From Octopus vulgaris (lineage: Eukaryota), in NCBI GenBank assembly GCA_951406725.2, contig OX597815.1, forward strand, positions 200,446,001-200,510,000: DNA of 64,000 bases. The letters run 5' to 3'. Shown piece by piece: positions 55,760-64,000 of the stretch. Position 1 is the first letter of the stretch; each line of letters opens with the position of its first letter. Under the pieces are notes generated by a model that did not search any database, was not told the DNA's origin, and saw only the letters and a program-made list of their open reading frames with translations. Made by a program: the position numbers and the translations under genes.

Positions 55760-56189
55760 CTCTTACTCTCTTACTCTCTTTTACTCTTTTACTTGTTTCA
55801 GTCATTTGACTGCGGCCATGCTGGAGCACCGCCTTTAGTCGAGCAAATCGACCCCGGGACTTATTCTTTGTAAGCCCAGTACTTATTCTATCTGTCTCTT
55901 TTTGCCGAACCGCTAAGTGACGGGGACGTAAACACACCAGCATCGGTTGTCAAGCAATGCTAGGGGGACAAACACAGACACACAAACATATACACACACA
56001 CTTATATATATATATATACATATATACGACAGGCTTCTTTCAGTTTCCGTCTACCAAATCCACTCACAAGGCATTGGTTGGCCCGGGGCTATAGCAGAAG
56101 ACACTTGCCCAAGATGTCACGCAGTGAGACTGAACTCGGAACCATGTGGTTGGTTAGCAAGCTACTTACCACAAAGCCACTCCTACGCC
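55760..56189 (-). mobile_element. Family A SINE, full length
   Basis: Aligns with 26071-26500. Confidence 0.9.
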
Positions 56190-56549
56190 TTTGTTACCGA
56201 TTGTAAAATAAATGTTTACTTAGGATATTCGCATATACGGTGATCCAGCATAAATGTACCTTTGAAGCTCAAAACAATTTTATAGATACGCAAGCATATT
56301 TACATCTATGTGAGATTGTTTCGGTGAGTTTCAGCATGTGATGTGTATATATAACAAACCGGTTCAATAAATATTTCTGTTGGGAGATGCAGATGATGTC
56401 CACCAGCAATAATGTATGGTAACATACAAGGAAGAGACAAGTATAACAGGATCAAAAGACAATAATAACACCTATAATAATAGCAAGGAATCAGATTCAC
56501 ACTATATATGTATGTATATATACATACACACATATATATATATGTATAT

Positions 56550-56642
<93 letters not shown>

Positions 56643-56644
<2 letters not shown>

Positions 56645-56913
56645 CATAAATATGAGAGACTAACCACTATGTGGTCGACTCTCGTGCTAAAAATAGATTC
56701 GCTATGGTATAGCCACTAAAAATTGCTTCCAATCTTTAGTGGCTATAACATAGCGGATCTATTTTTAGCACTAGAGTCGACCAGATAGTGGTTACTCTCT
56801 CGTATTTATGTATAAATTTGTATTGTATCGCTGGTTTTTATGTGCTAAGCCACTTGGTATTAAATTGATGGTATCATTAAATTAATATCAAATTTTTCAC
56901 CCTCATTTGTAAG
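56643..56913. repeat. Fold-back unit in (TA)n (~83-bp arms, 4-nt loop, ~100-bp unpaired extension)
   Basis: 56643-56725 is an imperfect reverse complement of 56730-56814. Confidence 0.9.
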
Positions 56914-56957
56914 TATATATATATATATATATATATACATATATATAAATCTCTCTC

Positions 56958-57006
<49 letters not shown>

Positions 57007-57020
57007 TATAAATCTCTCTC

Positions 57021-57059
<39 letters not shown>

Positions 57060-57469
57060 TCCGTCTATATTATTTGTTATTTACACAATATACACCGAGG
57101 AATTCCGGAGGTCGATCCAAGGATATTTAAACCTCTTATAGGGATATTTTTATCTGAGATACACTGCTTCAATACATTATATTTTGAAGAGATATTTCTT
57201 CAATGAATATGTTACATAAAATATCGTAAAATATGTAATATTATTAACGCGTTAGAAAACATATGGATCTAATGGATACAAATTAATTCATCAATTAATT
57301 AAAGTATTCACCTGAAACTGGGTCATTTCAATACAAGGCATTTCAAATGAAAAACTATATATTTATATATGTTTTGTAATTTTTAGTTTGCTTGAGAAAT
57401 GAAAAATTGTAGGTGAATATGCTAATTAATTAATAAATTAATTTGTACCCATTAGATCTAATTATATAT

Positions 57470-57830
57470 ATACTTTGATACTTTCATACTTTGATAAGTT
57501 TCAACCAGTATTGTCCCAGGCCATGTCTAACTTAATACCACCACCCGGCGAAGTCATTCAACTCATGAAATCGGACATGGCCCACTCGAGTAGAGAGTTA
57601 TTGTTTACGGAAACATATCCGGGTGTAGGAGGTTTATTCGGGATGTCTTGAAGGAATTTGTCCAAATATTTCTGGGACTTTTTGGGATCTGCTTCTGCTT
57701 AAATGTGGTTTGGTGTAATGTTAAAGAGAACAGGGCCAATTGGCTTGAAATAGTTGTGTCCTATTGTTATGTGATGCGCGTATGATTTGTGTCGTCGGCG
57801 GAACTGTTGATGCCCAGCGTATTTTTAACA
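57470..57830 (-). mobile_element. CR1/L2-group LINE 3' fragment
   Basis: NYFKPIGPVLFNITP...LDKFLQDIPNKPPTP; (AAAGTAT.)n tail. Confidence 0.7.
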
Positions 57831-57920
57831 CACAATCTCTGTTCACAACCAGTATATAGAAGCAAACACGTCAACATAAACATCGTACGAACATGATTAC
57901 AATGTTGCATACATGTAGAG

Positions 57921-58345
57921 AATCACTCAACACACATATCAACGTGAGAATATAAATCGCAAAACTTGGCGATAAATGAAGAAAGATTGAAATAGTGTGA
58001 AGAATCTATAAGAGGGCATATCTTCATTGATAAGTTCAGTCTGTGACGAATGAGCTTTGAAAAAAATCAACTATTCGAGCAATTGTTTTATTAATTAACA
58101 AATTATTTGTTAAATTGGTTACGATGCTGGATTGAAAAATCACTCAACACACATATCAACGTGAGAATATAAATCGCAAAACTTGGCGATAAATGAAGAA
58201 AGATTGAAATAGTGTGAAGAATCTATAAGAGGGCATATCTTCATTGGTCTGTGACGAATGAGCTTTGAAAAAAATCAACTATTCGAGCAATTGTTTTATT
58301 AATTAACAAATTATTTGTTAAATTGGTTACGATGCTGGATTGAAA
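57921..58345. repeat. Near-identical tandem duplication (217 + 208 bp)
   Basis: 57921-58137 repeated at 58138-58345 with a 9-bp deletion (ATAAGTTCA). Confidence 0.95.
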
Positions 58346-58595
58346 TTCAAGCATAGCCTGTTTTTACTGGTATCTGACACGCCCAAAAGATATCGATATT
58401 TGTTCCAATGCACGACTTCTTAACCCTAATCGAGCAGCTATAATCGATAAAGTTCACTTTTACCTTGTCTTCTTTGATTAGAACAGAAAATCCAAAACCA
58501 AACTAAAACAATGATCCTAATAAAGCAACGGAGATATGACCCAAACTCTTCTGCGTAGACATGCCATAAAATAGCCAGGTAAAAATTCTACTACG

Positions 58596-58635
<40 letters not shown>

Positions 58636-58810
58636 ATAATAATAATAATAATAATATTAATAATTATAATTATAATCCTTTCTATTATAGGCACAAAAGC
58701 AGAAATTTTGAGAAAGGTGCTGGTTGATTATATCTACCCCTCTGTATTTATTTCATCGATTCCGAAAAGATGAAGCACAAAATCGACCGCGGTGAGATGA
58801 TAATAATAAC

Positions 58811-59108
<298 letters not shown>

Positions 59109-59155
<47 letters not shown>

Positions 59156-59605
59156 TAATAATAATAATGATAATAATAATAATGATAATAATAATAATAA
59201 TAATAACAATAATGATAATAATAATAATAATGATAATAATAATAATAATGATAATAATAATAATAATAATGGTAATAATAATAATAACAATAATAATAAT
59301 AATAATAATTATTATTATTATTATTAAAATTATTATTATTATTATAATCATTATTATGATTAGGATTATTATTATTATTATTATTATGATACAGAGAAGA
59401 AGGTCAAGAAGAAGAAGAAGAAGAAGAAGAAGAAGAAGAAGAAGAAGAAGAAGAAGAAGAAGAAGAAGAAGAAGAAGAAGAAAAAGAAGCAGAAGAAGAA
59501 GAAGAAGAAGAAGAAGAAGAAGAAGAAGAAGAAGAAGAAGAAGAAGAAGAAGAAGAAGAAGAAGAAGAAGAAGAAGAAGAGGAAGACGACCAATGATGAT
59601 GAGAA
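59109..59605. repeat. (AAT)n-(ATT)n-(AGA)n compound array
   Basis: Direct reading. Confidence 0.95.
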
Positions 59606-60996
59606 GAAAAGAAAGCTGAAAGAAGTGCGATAATCAGTTAGCGTGCCGCACTGAAAAATGAATCCCCTTCATATGTTTATTCATTAGGTGGCAGAATTGT
59701 TTTGGTTGTGAAAGAGCAATAATGAAAGCAATAAGAGAAGTTAATCAATAAACTACTGCATATGAAATGTTGTGGAATGAAACAAGAAAGGAGAACGTCA
59801 CCGTAAGGTATGTTTAAATATGTATAGCGTAGATATATCTGCTCTTCGTTTTATTTCGATTATATACTGCCGCTTATTTTCATCTCTACCTTCGAAGACG
59901 CTATTCGAATTTACTTTCAGTTTTGAAGAAGCTTCTATCAGGCATTTGATACTTCAGATATTTGTTTCCTTCTATTTTTATTTTTATTTTTCATTCCTCA
60001 CTATAATAATAATGGACTCACGAAGTAGTATAGGTTGGGCAACGCTTGCTTATAAATTTCGAAGATCAATACAGAACTCCTGCCAACTACATTCGCGAAA
60101 ATCACTGTATATATATGTGCATTTAAACATACATATATACATACACACAGACACACATACACGTATATCGGTGTGTTTTTTGTTTCACTTCATAGCTCTT
60201 TATTTCTCAAAAAAAAAAAGGAGAAAATATAACACATCACAACACCAGTAAAGCAACACATCAACACACCCCAAACTCACACCGTTCAATCAAACGGCAC
60301 CATCAAACAGCTTTCGCATCATCCGCTCTACACACGCTATGTTGTAAAATCATTTGGAAAAGCTTCGTTCATTCAGTGCACTAAATAATCGATACTATAT
60401 TCGCTCTAGTAAATTACTAGCATTGAACATCTGTCTAATTTCGAAAAAAAAAAGAAGAAAAAAAAAACCAGAGAGGGAGAAACCACCGCACGTCATTAGT
60501 AACTAGTTGAAGATTAACCGTTGTTGCATGCATATATATAATTATACACTTATATATACATACACTCATACGCACACAGGTACACGAAAACACACATTTA
60601 TAACACTCACACAAAACATAGTTTTGTTTATTCTTTTTAACCTAGCCATACCGGTTTTACATGCCCAAACATACGTTAGTCCACTGTTAGTACGCAAACT
60701 TTTTTTTCCATCGCCGGAGAATTGCATGCATCTATATATGGAGAAAACATAAAGAATCCATATTAATACAAAAACTGGCAAAGCGTATGCACATGAATTC
60801 TGATCACGTGTTTATTAAACAGATGGAGGTTAACGAAATGTGGGTCTCAAATCCACAAAAGATATATTAATATTTCTTAGCGATTATTACTTGCTTTGTT
60901 GAGAAAAAATATCTTCTTAATCTCCTTCTAACTCCCCCCCCTCTCTCTCTCTTTTATGTATGTATGCATGCTTGTCTGTATGTATACAGGTATATA

Positions 60997-62204
60997 CTGG
61001 ATCATCCCATAAATAATGCGGCTTTTTCAATTGCATGAACTAAATGTCGGAGGGGGATGGGATAAACTACATGCATCAACTTACTATGAAAGCAGGTAGT
61101 AATTTTACATTGTATTTATTCTTAGTGCAAGTTTTGAAGAGTGCAGTTCGATTTTAACTGCTATTTCTTCAAAGTTAAGATGGAAGTGACAAAGAAGCCT
61201 ATTCGGCATATTTTGCTTTATGAGTTCAATAAAGGCAACAACGAAACGGAATGTGCAAGGAATATAAATGCGGAATATGGGCATCAGGCAATATGCATAA
61301 GGCAGTGTCAATGGTGGTTCTAGAAATTCCGAGCCGGAAACTACAGCCTGGAATATGAGGTTCGTCCTGGCAGATCTACAGAGTTCGACGAGAACGTCCT
61401 GCAAACACTGGTGGAACAAAATCCCATCGTAACTGTTGATGAGCTAGCAGAGAAGCTTGGATTTGGTCATTCAATCATTCAACTACTCCTGCGAGACATC
61501 AGAAAAGTCAGCAAATTGGGTAAGTGGGTGCATTACAAACGTTCCATGTTTAGTCGCGAAATGGGTTCTCTATAAAAATTGTCAAGTGCCCATGATAGTA
61601 GGTACAGAAAGAAGATATACCGGTACTACATGCTAAAGAAGGTATCCACCTACATAAAGTGTTGCTATCTCTTTCGTGGTATATGAAGAGTTTTGTCCAC
61701 TTTGAACTGTCAAGCCCAGAGCAAATGTTAACAAAAGTGATCTACTGCGAGCGGCTTGAGCTGCTTAAGTCAGCACTAGAAGAAGAATGACCACCTTTGA
61801 GTTCAAGATGGGAGGTGTTCTTCCATCAGGGAAATGCTCGGCCACGGGCAGCGAGGATGACATTCCAAAGGCTGGAACAGTTTGAATGGGTAACGATGCC
61901 CCCAACCACCACATTCACCGGACATTGCCCCATTTAATTACCATATATTCCGCAGTCTTCAAAATATTTGGACGGAAAAAAATATGAAATTTGTAGACTA
62001 TGTTAGAAGAGTACTGGAGGGATATTTTTCGCCACGGACAAGTAAATTTTGGAAGTGAGGCCTTGTAAGTCTACCAGATGGATGGGAGAACATTGTAGAA
62101 AATGAAACCGTGTATATTTTAGATTAAAGAAGGGTTTTGTTTATTCTAATTTTGAAAAGTTAAAGTATAAAAAAAAAAAATGCAATAAATAAGGGATGGC
62201 CCAC
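60997..62204 (+). mobile_element. Mariner DNA transposon with decayed transposase (61180-62127)
   Basis: MEVTKKPIRHILLYEFNKG...RPGRS...KLGKWVH, HQGNARP, PHSPDIAP; TIRs TGGATCATCCCATAAATAATGC / GCAATAAATAAGGGATGGCCCA; preceded by TA. Confidence 0.9.
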
Positions 62205-62904
62205 TCCTATCTGCATTTACAGCAAGTTGATGCAAGTAGTATATCCCATCCCCCTCCAACTTTTATTTCATGCAATTGAAAAAAAACAAGACGTTATTTA
62301 TGGCGTGACCCAACACTTCAAGCTGTGAGCTGAAAAAATTCTGGTTTTAGTCAGGTGATATTTATTGTTCTCTTGTTTAATCATTGCGGTACGCAAAAAT
62401 TGCGGCAAACCGTCATTTTTTCCTCCTGCAACCGAAGTCATTTGGGTTCTAAATTTTCCTCTCTAGCATATTCTCAGTTTTGAAGCTTAGTTTTATTAAC
62501 TACAGTAAAATCCGGTATTATGTAGCAGTTATATCCTCTGTCATTTTTGCCATTTGTATACTCTTCATCGAAGATCTTCTTTGATTCTTTATGTTCCATG
62601 TTCTCCCAGTTTTTTTCTTGGTCTACACCTGCATCTTATATTACATTATTATTTACAAAGTTTATTGCACCTTGAAGATGTTGATTTTGAAGTTTTGTTT
62701 TCCCGTTTCAACGGTTCCGTTTCTGACATCACTTACTGCGTCGTGCTGATTATCACAACATGATGAAGCTGTTTGATGGTTCCTAGTACTGCGCTTCTGT
62801 CTCATTTTCTTTATAACGTGAGTGCAGGCGGAGTTAGAAATGACTTTGTTGTTAAGTTGTCTTTGATTAGTGAAGCTTTCATGATCGTGCGGTTGGTTTA
62901 GATA

Positions 62905-63319
62905 TTTTACTTTACTTTACTTTACTTATTTGTTTCAGTCATTTGACTGCGGCCATGCTGGAGCACCGCCTTTAATCGAGTAACTCGACCCCGGGACTTA
63001 TTCTTTGTAAGCCTAGTACTTATTCGATCGGTCTCTTTTGCCGAACTGCTAAGTGAAAGGGACATAAACACACCAGCATCGGTTGTCAAGCAATGATAGG
63101 GGGACAATCACAGACACACAGACATCTACACACATACATATATATATGCATATATACGACGGGCTTCTTTCAGATTCCGTCAACCAAATCCACTCACAAG
63201 GCTTTGGTCGGCCCGAGGCTATAGTAGAATACACTTGCCCAAGGTGCCACGCAGTGGGACTGAACCCGGAAACATGTGGTTGGTATACAAGCTACTTACC
63301 ACACAGCCACTCCTGCGCC
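62905..63319 (-). mobile_element. Family A SINE, full length
   Basis: Aligns with 26071-26500 and 55760-56189. Confidence 0.9.
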
Positions 63320-64000
63320 TGTAGTGTAGCAATTACATAATCTTGCTTGTCTTTTCGTTTTTCTATTTTCTTGGTTGCTTCTCTTTCGTCTCCTCCTTGC
63401 AAGATGTGGTTTCCGCCTTAGGAAAATCCCATGAGGATGACAGTGGAGGTGATTTTCCTGTGTGTCCAGGCTTACGTTTATGTTTAGAAAAACGAAATAA
63501 GGAGCGTAAGAGGGGGATTGAACTTAGACTACACAGTTGCCTGTCTGGTAGACTTTTCTTGTTCTTCTGGTGTTAGTATCGTTGTTGCTGCTGCTGGCTT
63601 CCATATCGATGATGGTGTCGTTGCTGCTGCACAACAGTTGATTGCATTTCTTCTTCTGCTATTGCTGCACCTGTTGATTTTGATGTTGTTCTTGTCTATT
63701 GTTGTTAGAAATGTAATGTTGGCTGTAGTGGGAGAAATCTCTTACGTGGTCCTTATTTTCCCGTGGCCCCTCGGTTCTCTACTCTCCACAATCACGCTTA
63801 GTTTCGTTCTGTAGAGAGTTAAGGTCTAGGATCGTTTCTAGATGTTCTGGTTCTACATAATCCAATTTCCACATCGTTCTCTTCACATCCAGTACTGCTT
63901 TCTTTCCAACACTGTACAAGTCAGTTTCCATCAGAGATATATCTAATGTATTCCCCACTATTGTTAATTTACTAAACTTCTTCCCAAATATATGGTGAAG

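Noticed and set aside
63340-64000. Coding-like minus-strand sequence at the window end
   Set aside because: Multiple stops and no diagnostic motif; possibly a TE ORF relic but cannot be classified

Overview
AT-rich eukaryotic DNA saturated with microsatellites and almost entirely repeat-derived. The SINE families and repeat composition suggest an octopod cephalopod (inference). No host protein-coding gene can be supported, and most listed ORFs are translations of (TA)n, (CA)n or (TAA)n arrays. Recognisable content: a near-intact R4/Dong-type non-LTR retrotransposon (RT + CCHC + RLE endonuclease, 50526-52964) heading a same-orientation train of elements linked by (TAA)n; CR1/L2-type LINE 3' fragments; at least three tRNA-type SINE families; two Helitrons; mariner, hAT and Gypsy relics; and a 100-N gap. 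The most notable signal is about ten type I hammerhead-ribozyme motifs from several unrelated sequence families. Most lie in short units beside or within (TA)n arrays. Five have very long stem II inserts, and one pair sits in a large inverted repeat. This fits diverse Penelope-like or retrozyme-type elements. SINE and LINE 3' tails also share a conserved motif whose hairpin covaries. All calls are from reading the sequence by eye.
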